Shown here in pieces: positions 26,201 to 37,520 of a stretch of DNA of 64,000 bases. Source of the DNA: Mobula hypostoma (Eukaryota); assembly GCF_963921235.1 (NCBI RefSeq), contig NC_086118.1, forward strand, positions 19,470,001-19,534,000, written 5' to 3'. The notes beneath the pieces are model-generated. The model worked only from the letters and a program-made list of their open reading frames with translations. It was not told the DNA's origin and ran no database searches. The translations under genes and the position numbers were made by a program. The first letter of the stretch is position 1; each line of letters starts with the position of its first letter.

Positions 26201-27011
26201 ATGGCTCCCTTATATCTTTTGAACAATTATCTAACAAATATAATTTACCGAGAATACATTTTTTTAGATATCTCCAAGTTAGAAATTTCCTAAGTACCAT
26301 ACTTTCTTCCTTTCCAACGTTACCCCCACATATATTTCAGGTACTATAATTAACCTTAACCCATGTCAGAAAGGTGTAACAGCTATTATTTATAATACTA
26401 TCATGAATCTTAGAAAAGCTCCACTCGATAAGATTAGGTCAGATTGAGAAAAGGAATTGGGCTTTACTATCTTAGCGGATGACTGGGCGTATATTTTACA
26501 ACTAGTCAACACTTCCTCTATCTGTTCCAAACATTCCCTAATTCAATTTAAAGTTGTTCATAGAGCACATATGTCTAAAGATAAATTAGCTCGTTTTTAT
26601 TCTCATATTAACCCTCTTTGTGACAGATGTCATGGGGAGATAGCTTCCTTAACTCACATATTTTGGTCCTGTCCTACTTTGGAAACTTTTTGGAAAGACA
26701 TTTTTAATATTATCTCAAAGGTATTGAATACAGATATTTCTCCCCATCCTATTACTGCTATCTTTGGATTACCTAAAATTTCCAGTAATCTTTCCCCTTC
26801 AGCCCGTAGAATGATTGCTTTTCTTATTTTACCGGCGAAAAGATGTATTCTACAACATTGGAAGGAGATTAATGCCCCAACTACGTTCTTTTGGTTTTCT
26901 CAGACGATACTATGTTTAAATTTGGAGAAAATCAGAAGTAATCTTTATGATACTTCAGTTAAATTTGAACAGACCTGGAGATGTTTTATTCAACATTTTC
27001 ATTTAATGTAA
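23239..27011 (+). pseudogene. L1 ORF2 (EN, RT, CCHC), disrupted
   Basis: LQETH, NVYAPN, YSRIDYF, SDHAP, KAPGPDG, RGTRQGCP, LYADD, CDRC...HIFWSC. Several frameshifts and stops. Confidence 0.95.
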
Positions 27012-27415
27012 TTTTTTTTTCTCTTTGCCCATATTTACATTCCCTTCTTGCTTTTTAACTGTTTTTAATGGAGGTCGGGTTTGAGGACGTGATTGTTTTA
27101 AGTTGTTTAAGTCTACTTGATACCTAGTTAGCCCATTGCTTTGCTTTGCTTTTTAGATTAGTTGCACAGTGGGTTTTTTTGGGGGTTTTTTGGGGGGTTT
27201 TTTTCTTCTCTTTATTGATATGTATGGAAAATTAGTATAATTTTATATTACCTTGTTATTTTATATCTAAACTGCACTGTTTGTACTAATTTTTTTTGTG
27301 TATTAATATCTCTTGTAAATTTATATCGCAACAGTGTATTAGTTTCTACATGTTTTACCTTTTGTGTACTAATTCAATAAAAAGATTTAAAAAGAAAGAA
27401 CAAACATAATTCCTG

Positions 27416-27975
27416 AAGCAGTATTGAAATGGAAGTTGGTAATGAATACAACAACTGACACATAACTTCTGTTCAGTGTTTGACACCGATGTCTGATCAC
27501 TGATAACCCATTGCTCAAGGTTCCGATTAACTTCATCTGGGCCAGCTCAAACCGAGCTTGCTGCTGCTGAAGGATTGCACATAAGTTTTCTGTAAAATTG
27601 CCATGTTGATATAATCCAGCACCTTGTCACCAATTTGTTGTGTTTGCTCATCTATAAGTACTGATGAGACCCAAAGCCAGGAGAAAGGACAAAGCCTGAG
27701 TTCATAATTAATCTTCATTCATAAAAATCATGCAACTACAAAAATCTCAAACCTCCACAGTACATCCCAAAGCACGACTATTTAAATGGTTTGCCAAAAG
27801 AGCATTCAAGACATTAATAGGAACAGCAACCAATCAGTGAATGGTCATTGTTGCTATTGGTCAGCTGACAACCAATCTGAGATTGGTTCTCAGCTGACCA
27901 ATAGGTATTGTCTGTGTCAGCTTGCCATAATACCTACAAACATAATAATCTATTAGCTGACCCACAATCTTGACA
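27416..27975 (-). mobile_element. Gypsy 5' end: LTR (27636-27975), PBS and gag start
   Basis: Minus strand reads TGTCAAG...ACAACA, then AAT-TGGTGAC PBS-like sequence, and continues across the L1 TSD into 18800-20758. Confidence 0.7.
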
Positions 27976-27999
27976 GAGACTGCAGCTCAGCGCCATCTT

Positions 28000-29065
28000 A
28001 ACCAACTCAGACAGGTTCAGGATAGGAAAGGTTCAGAAAAACATCAGCCAAATGCAGGCAACTGGAACTAGGTTAGATGGAAATCTTGGCCATCATGAAT
28101 GAGTTGTGCCAAAGTACCAGTTTCTATGCTGTATTACTTCAGACTTTATGACCAACATAGAATTATGTCAATTTTACAACTCAGATACTCCATATTTGTT
28201 CCAGCCAGTCATACTGGCAATTATGCTCTACTTCTGCTGTCTCCCATCTTTTTATATATAATTTCACCAATATCAGTGAAAGCTACCATCCAGAGGAGTG
28301 TTGTAGAACAGAAAGACCAAACAGCAATGCATAGTTCCCTGAAAGTGGTGACACAGTTTTAGCCAAGAAGGCAGTAAAGGGTGTGAATGGCTTACTAGCT
28401 TTCATTGGTGGTAAATTGATTACAAGAGATGGGATATCATGTAATCATGTTGGATTTGTACAAGACACTGACAAAACTGCACTTGGAGTATTGTGTGCAT
28501 ATCTGCTGGTCATACTACAGAAATGTGCTTAAATGAGAGAGAGAGAGAGAGTGCAGAAGAGATTTACAAGGATGATAACTACACTGGAGGGCTTGAGGTA
28601 AAAGGAGAGATTGGATGGGCTGGGCTCTTTTTCCCTGGAGTGGAAGAACCTAGGGACTGACGTTTTAGAGGTTTATACAATCAAGAAGGACATTGATAGC
28701 GTTGTCACAGTCTATAAGGGAATCTAAAACTAGACAACACAGGTTTACGATGAGAAAGAAAGATTTAATGGTGATCTGAAACACAATATTTTCACAAAAG
28801 AAAATGGTGGTTATATGAAATAAGCTACCAGAAGAAGTAGTATAGGCAGGAACTATTGCTACATTTAAAAGACATTTGGATAGAAACATTGATAGGAAAC
28901 ATTCGGAGCAGGGGTTCCCAACCTTTTCTATGCCGTGAACCCCTAACAAGGAGTCTGTGAACCCCGGGTTGGGGACCACTGATTTAGAGGGATATAGGCC
29001 AAACATGGTCAAATGGGACTTCTCAGGAAGGCACTTATTTCTGTGCTGTTTAACTCTGACTCTGT
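28000..29065 (+). mobile_element. CR1 3' fragments
   Basis: Degenerate ORF2 C-terminus (CACTTGGAGTATTGTG, AGAGTGCAGAAGAGATTTAC) and 3' UTRs. Confidence 0.8.
28909..28981. mobile_element. 73-bp hAT/Charlie-type MITE
   Basis: TIRs CAGGGGTTCCCAACC / GGTTGGGGACCACTG. 8-bp TSD-like ATTCGGAG / ATTTAGAG. Confidence 0.75.
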
Positions 29066-29319
29066 GACCAGGTGACAGATTTCAGTGATGATCTCATTGC
29101 TGAATTTCAGATTGCCTAACAAATCTTCATTGCTACAGTTCAGGAAGATGTGCTTCCTAAACACTTCCTACAGAGAGACTTCTTCTTCTCCCTCCTCCTC
29201 TTCTTTCAGCAATGAGTCCTATTCTGTACTCTTCATGTAAGAGTCTTGAAATCAGCATAAATAACATCTGCGTATGTGACATTCTTCCCCACAGATGTCT
29301 ATAATTTGACAGCAGTGAA

Positions 29320-29860
29320 AATGTGTGCACATTTGAACAGAGTGGTGAAAAAGGCCTATGGTAAGCTTGCCTTCATCGGTCAAGGAACTGAGTACGTGAA
29401 TTTGAATATCGTGTTAATATGTTACAGGTGCCCAACTGTGCAAGACATCAGTGAGACAACACTTGGGATATTGTGTGCAGTTCAAGTTGCCTGGGAATAG
29501 GAAGGATGTAATTATGCTCAGAGGGGAAGCAGAAGGGACTGACCAGGATGTTGGCAGGACTGGTGGTGGCACTGTTAGACTGGGTGATAAAGAATGCATA
29601 TGACACACTTGCCTTCATCGGTGAAAGATTCTGGCAAAAGCTGAAAAATGTGTGGAAGATTAATGTTGGGTTTGCGCAGATACAGTAGATGCTTGGTGGT
29701 CAGTATGTGTGGAGGATTGATGTTGGATTTGTGCAGATACAGTAGATGCTTGGTGGTCAGTACGTGTGGAGGATTGATGTTGGATTTGTGCAGATACAGT
29801 AGATGCTTGGTGGTCAGCATGCATTTAGTGGGCCAAAAGCCCAGTCTCCATGCTATGACC
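29320..29860 (+). mobile_element. CR1 fragments
   Basis: RVVKKAYGKLAFI motif and a CR1-like 3' UTR. Confidence 0.7.
29649..29818. repeat. 57-bp tandem repeat, 3 copies
   Basis: Unit TGTGTGGAGGATTGATGTTGGATTTGTGCAGATACAGTAGATGCTTGGTGGTCAG(TA), no spacers. Confidence 0.95.
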
Positions 29861-30169
29861 TCAGTTGATCTTTTCAATGATATTTGGCATTCATCCATAT
29901 ACATTGATTTACATTTTGTGACATTTCTCTTGAGAAATCTGACAAGAATTACTGGGTCTTTTCTCCTAATGGGCCTGCATCTGCTTTCCATACGTTTGGC
30001 CTTGCTGTGAAGCTGCATTGCCACAGTGTTTAGGAGATAAAAAGCACTTTGTGAAACCAAAGCTCACTTATAGGTCATTTCCCCTTGTTTGTGTGGTTCT
30101 TATGATTATTTCTCGTATCACTGTAAATCCCACACTTATCACCCATTTGATAAATTTTGGCCATATTTC

Positions 30170-30316
30170 ATCTCTTCCTTCAGTTAGTCCTGACGAAGGG
30201 TCTCGGCCTGAAACGTCGACTGCGCCTCTTCCTATAGATGCTGCTTGGCCTGCTGCGTTCACCAGCAACTTTGATGTATGTTGCTTGAATTTCCAGCATC
30301 TGCAGAATTCCTGTTG
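30170..30316 (+). mobile_element. Penelope pseudo-LTR terminal fragment
   Basis: Near-identical to 18237-18345 and 33589-33731. Confidence 0.9.
30186..30221 (+). ncRNA. Minimal hammerhead ribozyme
   Basis: Identical core to 18251-18286. Confidence 0.75.
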
Positions 30317-30634
30317 TTTTCATCTGAAAGATATGTGTTCCTTCAAAAAAGTTACATTTTTCCTGAAATTTCAATTTTCTATAACTGACCAGCGTATGTT
30401 TAAAACATTTATTTTTGTACTATTGTATCAGTACATCTCTGGAAGATGCTGCATATTTGATGAAGTAACAAGGATATTTTTGCAAAAATAATGAGACTAT
30501 AAGATCTTACATTGACGCTAAAACAACTCAGATAGAACCCAATGTGCACACACTATTAAGTAAAATTATTTGTCTAAACACAGCCTTAGTTGCGACATTG
30601 GAATGCATAATGTAAGACATAAAAGTGATCTATT

Positions 30635-31125
30635 TCAAAGCATAATTACTTGGTATGACAACTGCTATGCACATGACTGCAAGAAACTGCGGAGAGTTGT
30701 GGACATAGAGAAACCAGCCTCCCTTCTAAGGACTCTGTCTATATCTCTCATTGCAAGGAGAATTAAAGCCCTTCATTCCCATCCCAGATATTCTATCTTC
30801 ACCCCTTCCCTTTCTGGCAAAATCCTGAAAACGTGGATGACCAGACTCAATGACTGCTTCTCTCCTGCTGGTATCAGATTGAATGAACCTCTTGTTTGAT
30901 AAGATGGATTCTTGACCTCAGGATCTACTCTGCTATGATCTCACACTTTATTGCTTTCTTGTACTGCAACTTCTCTGTAGCTTTTACACTTTTTTCTGCT
31001 TTGTTACTGTTTTACCTTGTTCTGCTTCAATGCACTGTGCAATGACTTGACCTGAATGAACTGTAGGCAAGACAAGCTTTTTACTGTATCTTGGAGCAAC
31101 TGAAAATAATAAACCAATACAAATA
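30635..31125 (+). mobile_element. Old Rex1-type LINE 3' fragment
   Basis: SIITWYDNC..DCKKLRRVV, HSHP, RLNDCFSP..IRLN. Confidence 0.65.
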
Positions 31126-32214
31126 CTAGTATCAATACCAAACCATGTTCAGATTCTCTCTTCACATGATTTACAATTCCTACATGACCTAAGGCCAGCT
31201 CAAATACCTCAGAGGTAATGATTTTTTTTTAATATAATCTCCGTTTAAAATGAAGAAACTGCAGCAACTGGTTTCTGCACAGCACATTTGCAGTTCTAGC
31301 ATTTAGTAAAATGGCCAAGAAACCTGCCTTTCGTGATTCATCTTGTACTGCAAAGTTCCGAATTCCCAGTCATTGCTCGCACAATCGGCTTTAGTCATAA
31401 CATGTTTAATTCCAATAACTGGTGTCACAATATTAGCTTGTATTTATGGTCAATATATTTACATTGACAATAACAAACAACAGTTTAGTTACACAGTGAT
31501 AATTGTGAATGAGCACTGCATCCAGAAATGAGCCTGCAAATTTACGGTAACCATGTACTAATCCTCCACAGTCTTCATTAATGTTAGTGGCTGTTCAACT
31601 CAAACAATGTAGCAAAGTCAGATCTGTGCTAAAATCAACAAAACCTCGCTTTCCAATAACAATCACTGTTTGGCCATCAATTGGTACCCCTGGAGATTAT
31701 TTTTCCTCAGAATAGCCTAAGATCATTAAAGACATGATCAGCTTTTTATGGGCTATTATAGACAGGACAATTTTTTGATACATCTTTACTTAGCCAGTAT
31801 AACCAAAGACCTTTCAACATTGTAAGATATTCGAAGGTACTTCTCAGCAGTCTTATTAAACTAAATAGGACACTAAGTCATGAACACCAGAGATTCTGCA
31901 GATGCTAAAAATTCAGAATAACACACACAAAATGCTGGAAGAACGTATCAGTTCAGGCAGCATCAGTAGACAACTATATAAAGCAGTTTGGCACAGAGGC
32001 AAATACAGGTACAACTTAGAGAAGAAGGTGAGATAGAGAAGTGGAGAGTTTTAGGAAAGGTATTCCAGAGGTTAAATTATTGTCAACTTAGTGACCAGTA
32101 AGATAAAAAAAAACAAGTCAGAAGTCTGTTAGTTGGTAGAATGCAGGTATCATGGAGAATATAAAAGTTGCTGGTGAACGCAGCAGGCCAGGCAGCATCT
32201 CTAGGAAGAGGTGC

Positions 32215-32250
32215 AGTCAACGTTTCAGGCCGAGACCCTTCGTCAGGACT
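32215..32250 (-). ncRNA. Minimal hammerhead ribozyme
   Basis: Reverse complement reads AGUC-CUGACGA-...-GAAA-C-GUU-GACU. Confidence 0.7.
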
Positions 32251-33602
32251 AACTGAAGGAAGAGTGAGTAAGGGATTTGAAAGTTGAAGGGGGAGGGGGA
32301 GATCCAAAATGATAGGAGAAGACAGGAGGGGGAGGGATAGAGCCAAGAGCTGGACAGGTGATAGGCAAAAGGGATACGAGAGGATCATGGGACAGGAGGT
32401 CCGGGAAGAAAGACAAGGGAGGGAGGGACCCAGAGGATGGGCAAGGGGTATATTCAGAGGGACAGAGGGAGAAAAAGGAGAGTGAGAGAAAGAATGTGTG
32501 TATAAAAATAAGTAACAGATGGGGTACGAGGGGGAGGTGGGGCATTAGCGGAAGTTAGAGAAGTCGATGTTCAGGTTGGAGGCTACCCAGACGGAATATA
32601 AGGTGTTGTTCCTCCAACCTGAGTGTGGCTTCATCTTTACAGTAGAGGAGACTGTGGACAGACATGTCAGAAAGGGAATGGGATGTGGAATTAAAATGTG
32701 TGGCCACTGGGAGATCCTGCTTTCTCTGGCCGACAGGGCGTAAATGTTCAGTAAAGCGGTCTCCCAGTCTGCGTCGGGTCTCGCCAATATATAAAAGACA
32801 ACATCGGGAGCACCGGACGCAGTATATCACCCCAGCCGACTGACAGGTGAAGTGTTGCCTCACCTGGAAGGACTGTTTGGGGCCCTGAATGGTGGTAAGG
32901 GAGGAAGTGTAAGGGCATGTGTAGCACTTGTTCCGCTTACATGGATAAGTGCCAGGAGGGAGATCAGTGGGGAGGGATGGGGGGGGGACGAATGGACAAG
33001 GGAGTTGCGTAGGGAGCGATCCCTGTGGAATGCAGAGACAGGGGGGGAGGGAAAGAGCACATCTTATATATTGGCGACGCAGACTGGGAGACTGCTTTGC
33101 TGAACATCTATGCTCTGTCCGCCAGAGAAATCAGGATCTCCCAGTGGCCACACATTTTAATTCCACATCCCATTCCCTTTCTGACATGTCTGTCCACGGC
33201 CTCCTCTACTGTAAAGATGAAGCCACACTCAGGTTGGAGGAACAACACCTTATATTCCGTCTGGGTAGCCTCCAACCTGAACATCGACTTCTCTAACTTC
33301 CGCTAATGCCCCACCTCCCCCTCATACCCCATCCGTTATTTATTTATATACACACATTCTTTCTTACTCTCTCCTTTTTCTCCCCCTGTTCCTCTGACTA
33401 TACCCCTAGCCCATCCTCTGGGTCCCCCCCCCTCCCTTGTCTTTCTTCCCGGACCTCCTGTCCTATGATCCTCTTGTATCCCTTTTGCCTATCACCTGTC
33501 CAGCTCTTGGCTCCATCCCTCCCCCTCCTGTCTTCTCCTATCATTTTGGATCTCCCCCTCCCCCTCCAACTTTCAAATCCCTTACTCACTCTTCCTTCAA
33601 TT

Positions 33603-33638
33603 GGTCCTGATGAAGGGTCTCGGCCTGAAACGTTGACT
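33603..33638 (+). ncRNA. Minimal hammerhead ribozyme
   Basis: GGUC-CUGAUGA-AGGGUCUCGGCCU-GAAA-C-GUU-GACU. Confidence 0.7.
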
Positions 33639-34429
33639 GCACCTCTTCCTAGAGATGCTGCCTGGCCTGCTGCGTTCACCAGCAACTTTTATGTGTGTTG
33701 CTTGAATTTCCAGCATCTGCAGAATTCCTGTTATCATGGAGAATATGAGAGGTTTTTTTGCACTACCTTACTTTCCATTTTTATATTTTCTATTTATGAT
33801 TTATAATTTAAATTTTTAATATTTACTATCGATTAGTAATCCAGGGAGCGGGAAGCGCAGAATCAAATATCACTGTGATGATTGTACATTCTAGTATCAA
33901 TTGTTTGGCAACAATAAAGTATAAAGTATAAAGTCATAGTGCATTTTAACTTAAAAGTAGGAATTTTGAAATTGGGGCATTTCCTAAAGGGATCTCATAT
34001 AAGACAGCAAGTTTAACTGTGCGCAGATGTTGATGCACGTGGCAAATTACAAGACTACAGAAATGAAAGCTTTTACTATAGAATGTTATTGTAACAAAGT
34101 GAAAAGTATGTCTGCTGTATTGTTGCCTGAGTTTTATTGGAGAGGATTAATTTGATGTACATTAACATTTTGTTTGAGTGTTACAAGCAAAATAAATGTT
34201 GCTGACTAGCTTGTTCCTAGGCAGTTAAATAAATGTTTGCTGTTTATTTGAACACAGAAGCTCTCACTACCAAGCGTGAATCTGTCTTCACTGAATATCC
34301 AAATATGTACTTGTGGCATCGGTCACAGCTCAGTTACTGATTAGGAATGTACAGGGATTCCTTTCTTTGCCGTACCTGCAGAGGTCTTCAAATCCCGATG
34401 TAGGCTGAGCAAGAAGTTGGATGAGTGAT

Positions 34430-34810
34430 TGTATGTTGGCTTTTATCACAACAGGATTTGAATACTACGGTAAAGGTACCTTGCTCCAATTATATAAAGC
34501 CCTTCTGAGACCACATCTAAAATATGATGTGCAGATCTAGTTTCTGTCCCTAAAGCTGATAGATTGGGAATGGAGGAATAAACTAAGGGCCTGCCAGACT
34601 CATCCCTGAGATGGCAGGTTTGTTACGTAGAGAAAATAAAGCATATATAACAGAAACAGAGCCTTCAACCCATGATCTTGTGCTGAACTAATAAAGCTAT
34701 GATGCCTAATGACACTAATCCCAACTACCTGCACATGTTTCATACCCCTCCATTTTGTACATATTCATATACTGATCCAAATGCCTCTTGAACATCTCTC
34801 TCATATCTAC
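34430..34810. mobile_element. Two old CR1 fragments (+ then -)
   Basis: LYKALLRPHL-like sequence on +, then a minus-strand CR1 3' end. Confidence 0.55.
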
Positions 34811-34880
34811 GTCCAGATTTATTTATTTATTTATTTATTTATTCACTGATGGGATGTAGGAAGCCAGCATTTATTGCCCA

Positions 34881-35286
34881 TAGTATTACAGAGATGCTTC
34901 TCGACCTCAAATGGGATACCCTCCAAAGACGTCGCACATTAGCCAGGCTTACTACAGTTTACAAGGAGACTCATTCATTAACTCCATCCAACATTAGTCA
35001 CCTTTTGTGCAAAGAGAATAACAGAGCAGCAACCCGACAAAACCAATCCCTGAACTACAAGACCATTCAAGACCAACAAGGACTGCTACCACTACTCACT
35101 GTACCCTAGGACCATTCCAGTTTGGAACTCCCTGCCGCCACACATTAAATCTGCCACTGATAGTAAAGCCTTCAAGTTGCTGCTCCTAAACACTGCAATT
35201 TAAATTACAACTGCATGCATGAGGGACTGCATGTTTATAGCCCAGCGGTGGCGGTTGATGCAGTATGGACAAGACAAGACAAGACA
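34881..35286 (+). mobile_element. CR1/L2-group (Crack/Daphne-like) LINE 3' fragment inserted in another repeat
   Basis: SITEMLLDLKWDTLQRRR..RL...YSLYPRTIPVWNSLP and a (CAAGA)n tail. The host repeat GCATTTATTGCCCA|TCCCTA resumes after it. Confidence 0.65.
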
Positions 35287-35489
35287 TCCCTAGATACCCT
35301 TCAGAAGGTGGAGATGTGCTGTCTTCTTGAACCGCTGCAGCCCCTGAAGTGTAAGTACACCCACAGTGCTGTTAGGGAGGGAATTCCATGATTTTGACCC
35401 AGCGACAATGAAGGAACGGCGATATCTTTCCATGTCAGGATGGTGAGTGACTTGAAGGGGGATTTCCAAGTGGTGGCACTCTGATTCCC

Positions 35490-36560
35490 ATCCCCTGTAA
35501 CTCTAGTTTGAACTCCACTATGCAGCATTAACAAACCCTCCCGCTAGGATATTATTCTCCCTTCAGTTTAGTGCAAACAGTCCCTTCTGTACAGGTCTCA
35601 CCTTCCTGGAAGGGAGCCCAATGTTCCAAGAGGTTTATGCCCTCCATCCTACACCAACTCCTTAGCCACTATTGAACTGTATAATCTTCCTAGTTCTGGC
35701 CTCACCAGCACGTGGCATGGGTAGCAATCCTGAGATCACAACCCTGGAGGTCCTGCCCTTTAACTTAGCACCTATGCTAAACTCCCAATGAACTCCCTAC
35801 GCAGAATGTTGTCATTCATCCTAGCCATGTCATTGGTACCTACATGGATCATGATTTCTGGCTGTTAACACTCCCACTTAAGAATGCTGAGGACTTGATC
35901 CAAGATGTCCTGGTCCCTGGCACCTGGGAGGCAACATACCATCCAGGCACCTCATTCTCACCCACAAAACCTCATGTCCTTTCCCCTAACTAACGAATTC
36001 CCTATCACCACATGGTGACACTTTTCTCCCCTTCTGAGTCACAGAGGCAGATTTAATGCCGGAGACCCAACCACCGTGACTTTCCTCTGTTAGATCAATC
36101 CTATTGTTGAGAGGGATGGTCACAGTGGTACTCTGCACCTGCTCCTTAACCCCTTTCCCCTTCCTGGTGTCACCCAGTTTCCTGTGTCCTGCACCCTGGG
36201 TGTAACTACCTCTCTATCTATCACCCCTTCAGGCTCCCAAATGATCCAGAGTTCATCCAGTTCCAGCTCCACCTCCTTTACATGGATTTTTAGAAACTGC
36301 AGCTGGATGTACTTCTCGCAGTTGTCGTCATCAGGGACACCGGAGGTCTCCTTGCCTTCCCACATCCCGCAAGAGGAGCATTCCACTATCCTGCCTGGCA
36401 TCTCTACTGTCCTAGCTCAGCAGATATAAAGAAGGGAAGGAAAAAAAAGCTTTACCTTGAGCTTTTCTTTTCTACCTTCTCTGACTGAAGCCTTGAGGAG
36501 CTAAAGCCCCAAGCTCACCACTCTGACTCTGTCCACGCAGATGATAGCCGCTGCAATGAT
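35490..36560 (-). mobile_element. CR1 5' fragment (degenerate ORF1 esterase)
   Basis: VECSSCGMWE, ELELDEL, MVCCLPG, HVGTND. Colinear with 5230-6420. Confidence 0.85.
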
Positions 36561-37081
36561 GGTCACTGTCTTTCTTTAATTGCTTTTGCTAATCAATCTC
36601 AAATGTGGATTGGTCACTGGCCAAGCTCTACTATGCTGTCATAACCCGTTGCTGTGAAACACCCTCCTCTCAAACTTTCAATATCTAGATTGGTCACTGG
36701 TCAAAACACTATTATGCTGCCATGACCCACTGTTCTATTTTTCTACTTGGGCAGAGGACCTGAGCAAAATCCCCTCCTCTCAAACTTCCAGTGTCGCTGG
36801 TATTCATTTAAGCTCTATTCATTTAAGAGAAGTTTGGTTAATTACAAAGACAGGAGGAGTATGAAAACCTATGCTCCAGGCACAGGTCGATGGGACTAGG
36901 CTGAATAATATTTGTCATGCACTAGATAGGCTGAAGGGCCTGTTTATGTGCTGTAGTTCTTTATGACAACCATACCCATGTTTATCCCAAAATAGTAAGA
37001 TGTACAGCTACACAGAGCTTGAAAGATGTTGGCACCAATGATATTAACAAACATTGGTTTAATTAATTTATGAATGAATAC

Positions 37082-37520
37082 TGCAGTAGAAATGGTTGAA
37101 ACTAGTGACTGACGGGGTACTTGAGAAGTACCCCATCATCAAGAATAACCTTGGATGATAAGCACAGTACCAAGAACTCCAATTAATTAGATACTAGGCC
37201 CCTGGAACCAGGAGGGAGGATGCCTCTGGGGGTAAGTTATGAGCCCTGATAACAGGGAACAAAGAGGGCTGTTAGACTCGGGCTGAGAGAATAATTGACA
37301 AGTCATTTAAGCGATTGTTCATGTACTGACCGTGGGAAGCCAGACAAAGTTATGTGAAGTTGCTTGTCTTGCTGTATAAATATGAGCTCTGTATAACCTA
37401 GAATTCAGAGGTCTTGTGGCTGTGGAGACTGCTGCAGACTCTCCATAGTATCATGTTAATGAACTCTTAAAACGAAACTCGAAGTCACTCCGGTGTTCTT
37501 AGTTAGAGTTTCCACGACAA
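37082..37520 (+). mobile_element. Possible old solo LTR
   Basis: Imperfect inverted termini TGCAGTAGAAA...TTTCCACGACA, TATAAA at ~37375. TSD not clear. Confidence 0.35.

Larger units (their letters stand above)
20759..27400 (+). mobile_element. Full-length L1 LINE (inactivated) with 15-bp TSD
   Basis: TSD CAAACATAATTCCTG at 20744-20758 and 27401-27415. 5' end GAGACTTCCGGT, ORF1, ORF2, AATAAA and an AAAG-type tail. Confidence 0.97.
32163..33731. mobile_element. Inverted (tail-out) Penelope duplication with 15-bp TSD
   Basis: Minus arm 32163-~33057 and plus arm ~33063-33731, both encoding GIY-YIG C-termini. TSD TATCATGGAGAATAT at 32148-32162 and 33732-33746. Confidence 0.93.

Noticed and set aside
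29649..29818. CRISPR-like array or repeat protein (19-aa repeats in the ORF track)
   Set aside because: There are no spacers and no cas genes. It is a head-to-tail duplication within a CR1 end, and a 57-bp unit keeps frames open trivially.
17945..33806. Recurrent 'SPDEGSRPET...AAWPAAFTSNF' peptide ORFs
   Set aside because: These are spurious translations of the Penelope pseudo-LTR and hammerhead sequence.
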